From: Octopus sinensis
Taxonomy: Eukaryota
Direction of reading: 5' to 3'
Length of the DNA stretch: 64,000 nucleotides
Assembly: GCF_006345805.1 (NCBI RefSeq)
Contig: NC_043010.1
Location: 33,170,001 to 33,234,000 of the forward strand
Both the position numbers and the translations under genes were made by a program. This document shows positions 36,296-49,381 of the stretch, piece after piece. Numbering within the stretch: the stretch's first letter is position 1; the number at the start of each line of letters is the position of its first letter. Under the pieces are notes generated by a model, which saw nothing but the letters and a program-made list of their open reading frames with translations, was not told where the DNA came from and did not search any database.

Positions 36296-38084
36296 GTATT
36301 GTTGGATTAACAGTATTATTGTTGTTATTAAAAATAGAGTAACAGAAAGAGGAGGGTGCTATGGTAAATATTGTATGATAGTTTCATCTCTCGATGGTTG
36401 GACTTCAAATGACATGAGGATGAAATTTGCCTGTCATGTTTGTAGACATGATAAAATACTCGGGGTCTGTTAATTGATGTAATAGAGTGAGATGACATGT
36501 AATAATTGATAATTTTGATCTTATTGGATATGTTAATATATAAGAGAAAAATTATCATATTCTCAAAGACTTTGTGTTATGTTCTATATAGTATGAATTA
36601 TTTGATAGTATGTTGGATATATTGAATTCATTTAGAATAATTATCAGTTTCCAAATATAAACTTCTACATAATAGAGGGGTTATTATATCTTGGCTTAAA
36701 AATACAGTTGGCCAGCTCAGTAAAGCAGTTTTATTGATAGTTAATGCATATAACTATAGACATTAGGAAGATCACATTTACCATTAAAATTTCCAGGTTC
36801 TATGTTTATGAGTGTAGTTATTGTAAGAAGTAATCTTTTGATGAAATTTCAGCTTTGTTGAGGTGTAACAATTTCACTTCATTTACATAGACAAGCATGG
36901 CTTTATGGTTAAGAAGTCTGTTTTGAAACCACTCTTTTCAGTTCAGCCCCATTACAACACAAGCCATATGCCAATTAATGTCTTGTGCATGGAAACTGTG
37001 AGAGCCCATTATATGTTATGTATATATGTCATCAACTGGCACAAAGCTATCTCCCCCTTCCAGTTATCTTGCATACATATTGATGACCTTTGCTGGTGCC
37101 ATGCATAATGCACCCAGTACACTTTGTAAAGTGTTTGGCATTAGGAAAGGCATCCAGCTGTAGAAATCATGCCAAAATAGACAATAGAGCTCGGCAATCC
37201 ACTGGTTTGCTAGCTCTTGTCAAACTGTTTAACTTATGCCAGCATGGAAAATAAATGTTAAATGATGATGGAGCGTGATCGTTACCAAGTCGCCTTACTG
37301 GCTCCTGTGCTGGTGGCATGTGTAGAAAGGATTCGAGCGAGGTCGTTGCCAGTACCGCCTGACTGGCCCCCATGCCGGTGGCACGTAAAAAGCACCCACT
37401 ACACTCTCGGAGTGGTTCTAGTATGGAAAGCGGACGTTAAACGATGATGATGAGGAGGAGGAGTTTCCCCACTATCTCATCTTTATATTAACATTAATTG
37501 ACTACCAGTGTTGGCTTATGTCCTTGTAAGAAAGGGGTACTGAAGCAAATAGAATGAGTATTAAGCTTATGGTGTCAATTTGATCTTTTAAACCCTTCAA
37601 GGTGGTGCCACCAGCATGGTCACAGTCCAGTATCTGATGAAACCAGTAAAAGAGAATATTACTTGCCATTCTTAAGGGTCAGAGACCATGCTCTGTAAGA
37701 AATGGTTATCATAACAGCAGGCGGTCAACTGGCACTAACGCTCCAGTAAACAGTGCCTGTTACCTTGAATGGTTATAACGCATTTATTCCCTCTTGAAAC
37801 CACTCCACTTCCTTAGCTGTATCAAAGAGTTTCATATTTTACAACCTGGTGACTCCTTTGTGACATCACTTTAGACAAGAGTTCTACTTGGCAAACCCAT
37901 TCCTATCTGAGCTACACTCATTTTAAGTGCATAGTGGACTGGTTGTCACACTGTGAAGACACTAAATAACATCATTTGAACTGTTGACAGTTGCTGCTTG
38001 TCCACTCAGCCCATGTTTCATTATGTCTAAAACATTGTCACACTAAATGCTTAGTTTAGTAAACTATGTTTAGTATACATTCTA

Positions 38085-38123
<39 letters not shown>

Positions 38124-38411
38124 CAGACTATTGTTGCCGTAATAACTGATGTATACTGCCTTGGCAGCAGTATGTATGTTCCATAGCATAGTCAAGTGTC
38201 AATGTTATGTCATTTTGATAAATGATGCAATTATTCTTTTATGAATAGTAGCATTGTTGGTTATGGATCAATCACTGGCTCACTTTATTTACAATGCTGA
38301 ATGACTTGCATAGTGTGAAATCAAACTTAACTGTACAGCTATCCTATGGCCTTTATGTAATATATTTGATTAGCATTATATTTGACTAAAACATTTGTTT
38401 ATTTTCTTTAG

Positions 38412-38671
38412 ATGAACAACCACGACTGAAAGGCTGGATTTTGGCTTCTGTTGACGGCAAAAAAATTGGCTTAGTTCCTGCAAATTACATCAAAGAACCT
38501 GTACGGTGTACTGGACGAAAGAATATTTTGGTTGAAAACACAATTAACCCTGTGCCATCACGCTCATTTAGCTGTCCTACTGACTCTCAAGAAAATTATG
38601 GTAAAACAGTGTCGGACAAAAATATGGAAGATATATTTGAGTCGTGTCACTCTGCACCAACAGTCACTTGA
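38412..38671 (+). CDS. PEX13: Peroxin-13, exon 5 (SH3 C-terminal half and tail)
   Basis: EQPRLKGWILASVDGKKIGLVPANYIK...*; the joined CDS is 1140 nt, 379 aa. Confidence 0.96.
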
Positions 38672-40049
38672 AATATTTGATTATTTGCTAGGATTGTTGT
38701 GTAATTAATATTTTAATTCCTTGTATATAAATGTTTGAAAGAGAGAGAGAGAGAAAGAAAGAGTGAGAGAGAGAGAGATGCAATATATTTAGTCATTGTG
38801 ACTGGTGATTATGATATAGACTAAGAGTTGGGAGCTAGTGTGTCAGCTTCTGGACTGAGGAATATGCAGTTAATGCCAGTTGCAGTAAAACAGGGCTCTC
38901 ATAGACCTTTTAAAGTATCTACCTTGCTCTCAAAATGAATGTTTTGAGATAATGTATTGAAACACAAAAATCAATGATTAAATATACTGCCCGTCCTGCA
39001 ATGTGAATACCACTGAGAAGTGAGTTAAAGCACTGTTAAATTAACAATTGTTTGTCACTGTTTGAATCTCTTGAGATGGATGATTCATTCGCACCTCAGT
39101 GTGTCACAGCTATCTAATATTTATGGTTTCCCTTAAATGTATTTCTTACAGTTTCTAAAAAAATACCAGTAAACCAATAATTACATATACAACAGCAATT
39201 TTAAAGAATTGTTTTTATATTTATAAGAAAAAACTAAATTATCTAAAAGGTGAAGGATTTTTGTTAAAAGAAAATGGAAATACAAATTCTGAGTTATACC
39301 ATTGGTCCTTTTGTTGTTATTCTCTAAAATTTCTAAGTACCATACAAGTTTTCTGATTGCAATAACAGGTTCTCAGTGCAAAATTTTGGTAGATAAAAAC
39401 TAACCATACATTTTATATCAATGTAGATTCTATCTTGCAGACAAAATAAGCCTCAAAGTATTCCAAGTTTCCAACAGACTTATCATTGATTCAGCACCAT
39501 TTCTTTCTTTTTTTGACCAATTCTATTGTATTTTTATAATTAGATATTATTAGGACTTGTATAAAAATTGTTAAATATTTTGTTTATTGTAAATGTATAA
39601 CCAATTTATTGCACATAAACTTTAACAACCAAGTAAATTCTATGGAAAATGAAAGTCATAAAAATACAAGGACATATTTATTCCTTTCTACTGGAAACAC
39701 AAAGTTTCGAAGTTGATTACATCGAGCCTCAGTGCGTAACTGGTACTTAATTTATTGACCCCAAAGGGATGAAAACAAAGTCAACCCTGGCAGCATTTGA
39801 ACTCAGAACCTGAAAATAGATGAAATACCATTAAGCCTTTTGCCCGGCTTGCTAATGATTCTGCCTTCTCACTGCATTAACAAGGACATTTATTACAAGA
39901 AGATAGAACTTTGGTGCTATTTTATTTAATGCAAACCTTGCAGTTGATGCTGCTCTGCTAGTTTTGCAATATTGGGCTCCAACCTTGTCAATGATAATTG
40001 ATGATCACCTTTTTCTACAATGTCAGTTTTTGAATACAAACTTTTGACA

Positions 40050-41100
40050 ATAAGTTAGTAACACAATTGAAACCAGATTCAACAAGGTAAGATGAAAGAA
40101 AAGCAGTAAGTACAGCTAAGCTTCCCCACAGAGTAGTGGATACTTTGTAGCAGTGTCATTACTTTTCCATACATTATGTTCATCTTTAAATCTTGCCTGA
40201 AATATTTCATCACTCTGCAATTAAACGAGATTTTCCTGCAAACATGTACAGTACCAGCAAGATTAACTTCAAAAGGAAGAAGTTACCCAATGCAGTATAT
40301 TTAAATGAAGTAGGTTGCTAAACTTCGCTTGCAAGTTTTTCAAATGTTCAGCATATACACAATCACCATGCAGATTACTAACTAGGAAATTGTAATGCAT
40401 GACATACAATATTCATTTTCTAAAGCTGTACTTTCCCCAGAAAAGCATTAATAGCTCCTTTGGAGAATATGAGATCAGTTTTCTCCTTGAAGTTGTTTAT
40501 TAAACAAATTTTATCAAATATATCGCATTTAGCTGCAACCATTGTTGTTAGCCAGAAATGAAAAAGTGTTCCAAAGTGCAACAAAACGCATACAATTACC
40601 TTTTAAGAACCATCTTACCTTGTGTGAATTACAAGGTATTCAAATGCTTCATTTTGATAATAGAATTCATGAAAGATGTGGTCTAGTAAAGAATTTGATT
40701 CAATATAGTTGACTTTTATTACAATATTGAAGGCAAACATACACTTAATTGTTTTGCAAATAAGTGTTGCTGGTGTATCACACTATGCAAAATAATGCAG
40801 AGAGCATTTTTTTTAAATAGGCAATAAAGCTTGTCTGCCAATCATGGATGGAGCGCTGTCATCTTTTTGAGGGGAATATTTTCCTCCAAATAAGTTGTCT
40901 TTGAAAATTGTTTTGCCTTTAGTGTCTATTTTAAGACAAAATAATTTCCTCTTTGAATCCATTACCCTCCAAAATTCAAATGTACACTAATAAAATAACT
41001 TACTTATCTTACGGGATAGATTCATCAGGTTGAAGAATAAATTTCTTTACTTGTAATTTGGTTACAGTATCTTTTTTCCGTCTTAAACTGAGCACCAATC
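40050..41100 (-). mobile_element. Possible highly decayed hAT transposase remnant
   Basis: Minus-strand NKQLQGEN resembles the hAT LN..LQG motif; otherwise heavily disrupted. Confidence 0.3.
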
Positions 41101-42039
41101 TTATCCTTTTGTTTTTGATTTGCCTGTATATGTATATACTATGACTGCTTTGGGTAGCACTGGCAGTATTCTTAAATACCAAGTATGGGTATGTATTTCT
41201 ATTTTATTGCTGCTGTCCTCAGTGTCTGTTTTTGCTCAGCATTATTTCTCATCTTTCTAGGGAATTTTATGACCAGCTTCACAGATGTTTTGAAACTATT
41301 TTTTCTGTTATTGTTTTGAAAAGTAGAGTAGTAAATAAATTAGTAATAACAGGATTCCTAGCAACATTTTTCATGCACAAGACTCCACATTGGAAACTAC
41401 TGGTCTAAAGCACAATATTTTCATGATCCCTGAAAAAGTGTGGACCCAGCTCTAGATGTTAGTGCTGTACAATGGGACAGAACAGATGAAGTAATTCTGA
41501 AGTAGACTTAATTACACAGCCAAGCTAATTCTAATGATAAGAGTATAATAAAAATCAAACAAATCCAGTCCTAAGTATTCCCCACCTCCACTTTTCTTTG
41601 TAATTCCAGTTACCTCTAATTCACACACTACTTCCACCTCATCGCCAGCAACCATTGCTTTTTCTTTGCCATATTGTCTCGCATCTCAATCTTTATAGCT
41701 ACTCCCATGCACCTTCATATTGCCCTCTTGACACATGGCAGTTGAGGGAACCATTTTCATTTTCTCCAGTTGATTCTTGCTTTGCAAATTCCTTGGCAAC
41801 AAGGGCTGTTATATGGGATAACCCATGTCAATGTGTAACCATTTAAACCAGTTTTTCGTTTTCACATTAAATGAGGATTAGCAGGTATTTTGATAAGCTG
41901 GGATAATTCAGTAAAAACTCCCATGATATAGTTCATAATCACTAATCCAGCTAGAAAAATTTCAAATTTCCTAGGCTCCCACTTGCTGTACAAACATCAT
42001 TTGCAAAGGTAGGCTTTTCCAGTTTGTCTTTCTGTTTAT

Positions 42040-42790
42040 TATACATTTTTGACTTTTAGCCCCAGCCATGATTCCAATGCATAAAGGAAGTACTTAACGG
42101 TGGTGTAAAGCTTAAACACCAAACATTGTCCACAAGAGAAAAAATTTTGATGAAGTGATTTAGATTGTATGAAAGTGAAGGTGTCAAGCTGTCAGATGAT
42201 CTTGTGTAAGAACAAGCAAAAACATTCCACAAAGAACTCAGATGACAGTGAAGGCTGGCAGCAGCATTTCAAGGATCAACATGAGTTAAAGTTTCATGCT
42301 GTGTGGTGAAACACAATCAGCTGAAAATACATCATTATGCAGATGGTTGTAAATCCCCAGCAGCAAGACTGATGAAAATGAGGAAGATGTAAAGAAAGTT
42401 TCTATTGATTGGTTAATTCAGCTAACAAATCTAAAACAACTCAATTTTATAAGTGAGCAAGAAATAAGGAAGTGCTGCGGCCAAAAATGCAAGATATGTT
42501 TAAAAAAAAAAGCTTGAAAGTGTACAACAGTCATCACTTGAAAATCCAGTGCCTTCAACATTACCTCACCCAGGTGTGCTGCCACTGTCATCATCAGTTC
42601 CTGATATTTTATTCACCTTACAAGATGATGATGGGAGTACTGGCAGCCCCTCACCCCAAGAAGATGCCAATCCTGATATCCCTTCATCTCAGTGATGATC
42701 TTTGTGTACGTCAACAGAATCAATGTACCAGTACTTTACCACTCATTTTACCTAGGTTTTATTTAGAATTTCATTTGATGTCTCCCTTTT
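42040..42790 (+). mobile_element. Decayed pogo/Tigger-like remnant
   Basis: CENP-B-type HTH traces (EGVKLSDDLV.EQAKTFH..., GW...FK..HE.KFHAV) followed by an acidic tail; many stops. Confidence 0.45.
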
Positions 42791-42944
42791 CCTGATTTAT
42801 AGGGTATTTTACCTAACCTACCATACTTGCACTCTCCAGGTCCCAATAATGCCAGATTAGTGGTTGTGCACTGTACAGAAATAAACACATCAAACATGTT
42901 TAAAACAATAAAAAAGAAAAATTTTTTAATTTTCTTTCACATCT

Positions 42945-42950
42945 TTTATT
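42945..42950 (-). promoter_or_regulatory. RPS7 polyadenylation signal AATAAA
   Basis: TTTATT on plus, 26 nt downstream of the RPS7 stop. Confidence 0.75.
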
Positions 42951-42975
42951 TCAGCATTTGTCAATCCTGCTTTAA

Positions 42976-43053
42976 TTACAGAATATAATCAGGAAACTCA
43001 AATACAACCTCCTTCCCTGTCAATCTTTTGTAAACTGCTCGGAATACTTCAAG
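42976..43053 (-). CDS. RPS7: 40S ribosomal protein S7 (eS7), exon 7
   Basis: tttcag|LEVFRAVYKRLTGKEVVFEFPDYIL*; 78 nt. Confidence 0.97.
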   Translation of the reverse strand, partial: LEVFRAVYKRLTGKEVVFEFPDYIL

Positions 43054-43703
43054 CTGAAACAAAAAAAAAAAAAACGTTTTTATAAAACTGAAAATTTCTG
43101 TGATTACATATGATCTAACTAGAGAAAACATTTTGTTGCCTGGTATTTCCTATAATGCCATCACCACACCATTGCCATAAAATGTCAATAATGAACTTTT
43201 TGTTTCATGAAACTTATGAAAGTTTGTTATAGAGCAAGTTTTTAATATAAATCTGTTAATAATGAACTTTGTTTTGAAAAAAAAAAGTTATGAATATAAG
43301 TTGTTTTCATCTGGATTATCGCAACATTCTGTTTCTCAGTTTCATAATTTTTTTTAGTTCAGTAATAGCATATTTTAATTCAGCTCGTATTCCCCATTTT
43401 TCCTAACTCAATCCAACTGATGTTTTTTTCAAGTGAATCTTCACTCATTGAATTCTGTATTTGTAGACTTGAATTTTTCCAGCAATTACAATCCCATGCC
43501 TGGACTGACCAAAAAATACCATTCCTTTCAAATTGACTCTTTCACATCTTTATTAACCAAATTTTTAATAAAAATCTTATTGTAGTTGCACCCGAATGAC
43601 CAAATTATTCCTTAAGGCTGTAAATTTTCAGTTGTGCTTAGGGGTAGAAAAAAATGTCCCCTATTTGAAAAGCTTTATTGTCTGTGGCATATTGCATTAT
43701 TAA

Positions 43704-44480
43704 CCCTTTCGTCACCAAACCGCCCGAAAAAATTTTGGTTCATGTTGATCAAACCACCCAGAATCACATATTCATATGAGAATATCAGAGCAAATCTCGT
43801 TAGTTCATTTGTGAAAACACGTGATTATACTGCGTAAACAGTTCAGCTACAGTTTTGTACAACAATCTATGTGTTATTTTGATTCTGTGAATTTTGGGAG
43901 ATTTTTTTCTCCAAATTTGCAATTCTGACAAAAAAATGGATACGAATTTCATTCTATCAAGTAGCGAGTCAGAATTTGAAGGATTTTCCACTGAAGACCT
44001 AGATAAATCTAACATGGAAAGTTGTAAAACATCCCTCTCTACAAACTTCAACCTTGTAAAGACATTTCAACTGGCCATCCATTAGGAGTTTTTCTTTGTT
44101 GATAGACAATCACAGCACTGCCTTTTGCAAACCCCGATCTTTTTCTAATTTATGTAGATCAGCTGGACTCAGAGGGATATCTCTCTGGCAGGCTTTGCTT
44201 TTCCTTCTTGCAGTTATTTTTTTGGGGAGCAATAACTTGTCCTCAACTGCATTGCTACATCTGCTCAGAACTGCAGATGGTCACACCACCTGCAAGTCCT
44301 ACCTGATTTGGTGTATAATATAAATGCATGTACAATGCTCATGTTTATCATATACAAAACCAGGTATTGCCACCATATATTACCCAGTCTATCAACCGGA
44401 TAATAACTCATCTGGTTCAGCCAATCCACACCACCCATGTACCTGTTATAATCAAGCAAATGGGGTGCCATTTTCATCTA
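43704..44480. mobile_element. Decayed piggyBac element in RPS7 intron 6
   Basis: TTAA|CCCTTTCGTCACC terminus at 43700-43716. Minus strand has DYNRYMGGVDWL...WWQYLVLYMINMSIVHAFILY and a Cys-rich end (CCDC...VCREGCFTTFH). Plus strand has SSSESEFEGFSTED. Confidence 0.8.
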
Positions 44481-44864
44481 CATATGGTTACGCACTGGCA
44501 GATTATTTATCAACCTTTTATCTCTGTATGCAGTCGCTATATTTCTTTTCTGCCATTGGATTATTTCAGCTCTTTCAATTTTGCTTTTTTATATATCCAA
44601 CGGCATTGTTCTTATAACATGGTTAAGAAATGTGCATGGATGACCTTTCTTCTTAAGTATAACCTACTACACAATCAACACCACCTAGCCAATGGGTGCT
44701 TTCAATGGAACCCAGACTCTTGCAGGCATTTGAGACAAGTCACCAGCTTGAGGCCCTGAAAAAACTCATGGGCACTATCATTACTTCCTCATTCCAAAAA
44801 ATCCAAACATTCACATCATTCAAGAAGTCCGACCAGCAATGTAAGATCAAAAAACCAAACATAC

Positions 44865-45015
44865 CTTATGTTCAATGTTAGTTTGTTGATTCTTGTCTAA
44901 ATGCACCTTTATTAGCTTAGAGCCATCCATCTTTACACGTATCCTCTTGCCAACAATCTCAGCAGGGAAACATAAGTCTTCTAAGATTGCTTCATGGACA
45001 GAGGTCAAAGTTCGA
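44865..45015 (-). CDS. RPS7: RPS7 exon 6
   Basis: [50 protein letters not shown]; 151 nt; AG/GT. Confidence 0.98.
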
Positions 45016-45237
45016 CTAAAATGAAAGAGAAACAAGAATATCAATTAAGGAAAATGTGTGTGGAGGTATATAAATACAAATACATCACATATAAACTGCT
45101 TATGAACATATTCTACTAAACGAGATTAACTCTATTAGCAATTACAATGCAAAATAAAGATAATAATATTCATCTTTATTACAAACAGATAAATCATGTG
45201 TACACACACACACACATTATAGAATTTGATAACACAC

Positions 45238-45302
45238 CTGATAGGTCTCTTTTGCTTTTGCTTATTCTTGATCTTTCTATTGGGCTTTGGCAAAATTCGC
45301 CT
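45238..45302 (-). CDS. RPS7: RPS7 exon 5
   Basis: RRILPKPNRKIKNKQKQKRPI(S); 65 nt; AG/GT. Confidence 0.97.
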
Positions 45303-46564
45303 CTGTAAAAAGAAAAATATACAGAAATAGGTAACATTGTGACATTTCTAATGAAATACATATTACATGCAATTTCTCCCAAATAAGTACTTAAATAAAT
45401 TGAAATAAAATAACCTCAGTAAGTTGATGTTATGATCATAACATTGGGAAGCTGAAGTGGTTCCTTGGATTGCTTGCTCCCAGGCTGAAACCAGCAAATG
45501 CCTACTTTGATCACTACTCTAAAAGAACAACCTCCTCCAACTCAACCTTCATCATAGCAAACTATTTTTCTCAGCCAATTTGACTTCACTGACAAAGACA
45601 AATTGGCATAACAAAAAGCTCAGCAAAAAACTGTATTGTATGCCTACACATCCATTCACTTCATTAACTATGCATTTTTCCTATTCTCTATACAAAGTTG
45701 CAAACACTAAACAGTTTTAATAGAATTAGAAGTGATCATACCCACAAGATGTGCCAATAACAAACCACTTCAGTATTCCCACTGTTCTTATTGCAGTTAG
45801 CAACATAACATCTGCCAAAGGACTACAGCAAGACAACCTACTTGAACAGCTCCTCTTTGCATTAGCTGTTCACTAAACCATTCCACTGTCTGGTACAGGA
45901 CACTGATAAGTGTTAAGTAAATGGCATTGAAGAGCAATTACGTTTATCTTAATAAACCATAAACACAAAGTTTTGCAATGACTGGGCCACGTCAAACTTA
46001 GAGAAAACTTCGAAAATGTAGCAACTTGTACCATACTAAACATTGAAAGCCACTTTACCCTAGACTTTCTAATTTAGCTCTATGTGGCAAATGATTAATT
46101 CTACCTAATGATTATTAATGAATATTTTCATCACATACTGGTGTTCATGCTTCCTTTCTAACCTTTATGTACACTAGTTTTGTATATACGCAAACCCAGT
46201 AACAGGCCCAACTACATTCCACTGTCTTATACTACAATTAGTACTACTGAAGTTATCCATTTTCCAACTGAAAAATGGATAACTTCACTGTATATGATAC
46301 TAGCAGAGATACCTGGCACTGCTCGAAGTAAAAAATGGCATAGTTTTTATTGTTTTGGTCGCGGGACTGTGGACATGCTGGAGCACCGATTTTAGTCAAA
46401 TAAATTGACCCCAGGATTTATTCTTTGTAAGCATGGTACTTATTCTATCAGTGTATTTTGCCAAATAGCTAAGTTACGGGGACGTAAGCACAGCAACAAT
46501 GTCAAGTGAGGGTGGGAGTTCAGAGACACACACGTGTGTGTGTGTGTGTATATATATATATACC

Positions 46565-48000
46565 TCCTCTGATATATGGCATTTGGTCAATGAAGGAATT
46601 TGATGGCACAGCCCTCACCTGTTTCCTGCCATGAGATAGGCTTGTCTGGAACTCTTGACAGGAAGAGATCCAGTTTTGTTTTTAAGATACCTACATCCAC
46701 ACCATGCAGGTCTCTCAGGCATTCTGGAAGGATATTGAGCTGTAGGCTTTTGTAGCTGAAGTTGCTGCAGTAATTGGTTCTGTATTTTGATGGCGATGCT
46801 GGGATCAAGGCCTTCTAGGATTTTCCAGATGTATATCACTGAGTATCTTTCCTGCCTTCATTCCAGGGAGAAAAATTTTAAATCTTTCAGCCCTTCCCAG
46901 TAGCTGATACATTGTATCAAGACGATTTTCTTAGTGTTGGATTGCTTCAAGTACCACCGTGGATTTTACAGTGTGGGGTGATCATAGTTGGGAGCAGCTG
47001 AGGATGTATGTCCTCCAAAGGATCATCGTTTCCTTTTCTCCTGGTTTGAAAGTTTGGAGGATCTATCCAGCATTTTATTACCAAATTGGTAATATGCACT
47101 TGAAAAGATGCATCATTGCTCATGTCAGTGCCCAAATCATGCACTGATTTTGATTCAGGGACTTCAATTCTTACAGGGCCAGTGTATCCTGTCTGCATGT
47201 CATCTAGCTTTGTGTGCTGGTAGGTTAAGGCCTGAAATTTTCCTGCATTAAACTGCATGTTGTCCTCAGCCAACCTATACACTGCTTGCAGCTCTTGTTG
47301 CAGATGTTTAATATTTTCAGGATTTTGTATTGTCTGAGAGACTGTTGTGACATCTGCGTAGCTAGCAAGGGTGGCTATATAAGCAGCTGAGAGAACCACT
47401 ATGAATAGCAGTGGCCCCAAGACAGTACCATGTGGAACACCACTTGCTATTTGTTTCCTTGGAGGTGGCCCCATTGGCCACCACTGCCTGATGTCTATCT
47501 TTTAGAAAATTGTGCAGCCACTCTCCAAGTTTTCTACCTATGCCGAGATCACAGTTTATGACATACTATACCATGGTCGAATTTGAGTCATTCAGCAGCT
47601 GTTTTAACTCCCAGTCACAATGTTGCAAGAGCTGTGTTTAACAGCTTCTACCTGGCCAAAATCTATGCTGTGTCAGCCAACAAGTCATTTTCTTCAAGGA
47701 ACGCGATTAGTTTCTTGCAGACTATTCATTCCACAACTGTGCTGATATGTGAAGTCAGAGAGATAGGCCTATAATTTTTAGCATCTGCTTTTTTTCCACC
47801 TTTATGGATAGGGTATACTATCCCTTCCTTCAGCTTGTCTGGGAGCTTACCACTTCCAAGGAAGTTCTGAAAGAGAGGCTGCAGTGGTTTTGCAAGGGCT
47901 CGCTTGCATGATTTGAGAAGGACAACTGGAACTCCCATCAGGGCCAGCAGCTGAGTTTGTGTCAACCTCATCTATGGCCAGCCAGCATTACATCTGCAAT
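46565..48000 (-). mobile_element. Truncated CR1/L2-type LINE in RPS7 intron 4
   Basis: IHKGGKKADAKNYRPISLTSH, SGVPHGTVLGPLLFI, YADVT, IYIWKILEGL; frameshifted. Confidence 0.88.
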
Positions 48001-48352
48001 GTTTATGTACTCGATTTTGCCTCTCCCTCTCTATATATATACATACATATAAATCTATCTCTCTCTACAATAAAGACATTGTTTCACTTTTGCCACATAA
48101 TACTGAAATAGCGTAAGAGATTGCAATGGGCTCGCATTAGGCAAGAAGTTGAACATTCTTTTGGCCCAATACACTGTATGTCCCCTAAGAAGGCATGTGT
48201 AAAATTGGGATGAAATCGGGCGTAGTTACTACAGCAGCTTCAAACAATGGAAACAAAATTTTACATGCAAAGTTGGTTACAGCACGATAGGTATCTTTGT
48301 TCTAATTAAACAATTTACTTTTAAAGATAAACAAAGTTCTTTTTTTACTCAC

Positions 48353-48493
48353 CTGTGCAATGAAAACTACATGTTTCCCACTGAACTTCTTTTCTAATTC
48401 TCTTACTAAACGGATCTGTATCTTCTGGTAGGACCTCAGCTGAGGTACAGGGACAAAAATAATGATGGCTTTTTTGCCACGGATGTCAATTTC
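48353..48493 (-). CDS. RPS7: RPS7 exon 4
   Basis: [47 protein letters not shown]; 141 nt; cag| ... cag|gtgag. Confidence 0.98.
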
Positions 48494-48525
48494 CTGATGC
48501 AAAAAGAAAAAAAAAATGTCACTAA

Positions 48526-49246
48526 CCCTTTCATAAAACCACGACTATAAAATTTCAGTCAATATTACTAAACCATCCCAAACCAGCCATAATGATTTAT
48601 TCCTATTTTAATGAGAATTTCAGCACAAATCTCGTTAGTAAATGTTTCACTATGGATGAAAAGAGATACCAGTTTCATGCTATCAAGTAGCAACTTTGAA
48701 TTTGAAGTATTTTGGAAAGACAGAAAATCTCAGAGAATATACATGTGATAGCAAAAATCAGATTTTGTTCGTCACCTTGGAGGATGTAGAAGGGCGACGG
48801 AGAACACTGGCGGATCTGGTTGGCTCTACGCATGATGCTGCTTCTGAAACCACTAACTTGAAATGATCCCAGCCCCAACAACCAAGAGCATGAAGCCAAG
48901 CCTATGTGCATTAAGTTGAACTAATAAATAATAGTAATTTGCACAATTCTTCTGTATCAAAATCTTGTATACCCATTGAATGAGCTAATAATTCATTTTC
49001 TAGGCAGATGATTAAACAAAATTTAAATAATTTTATATATTGCTGAATTTACCTGTAATTAGATTTACTGAGATGGAAAAATCATGAAATAGTTGGTTAA
49101 GAACCTATCGTGTTCCAAAAATTACAATATGTTGATAAATAAACACGGAGTTGTTTTATTAAACCAGTATAAATTTTCAACTATTTTAGAATTTAATTGA
49201 AACACAGAAGGCATGTAATTTAGTTAGAAATATACTAACAAAAAGG
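48526..49246. mobile_element. Non-autonomous piggyBac-like element filling most of RPS7 intron 3
   Basis: CTAA|CCCTTTCAT... at left and ...AAAAAGG|TTAA at right. Shares CAAATCTCGTTAGT and TATCAAGTAGC...GAATTTGAAG blocks with the 43704 element. Confidence 0.6.
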
Positions 49247-49309
49247 TTAAATATAATCAAAGCACAACAAACTGCAGAATTTGATGATGTATAAAATAAA
49301 CCAACCAAC

Positions 49310-49381
49310 CTTTGCTCCAGTAATGTACAGCTCTCTCAACTGGTTCTTTAAATCACTACTAATTTCCAACTCCAAAAGAGC
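49310..49381 (-). CDS. RPS7: RPS7 exon 3
   Basis: ALLELEISSDLKNQLRELYITGAK; 72 nt. Confidence 0.98.

Noticed and set aside
45790-45900. H/ACA-like hairpin with AGACAA, AAACCAT and ACA on the plus strand
   Set aside because: It is antisense to the host gene, the lower stem uses the putative H box itself, and the m1 motif is absent.
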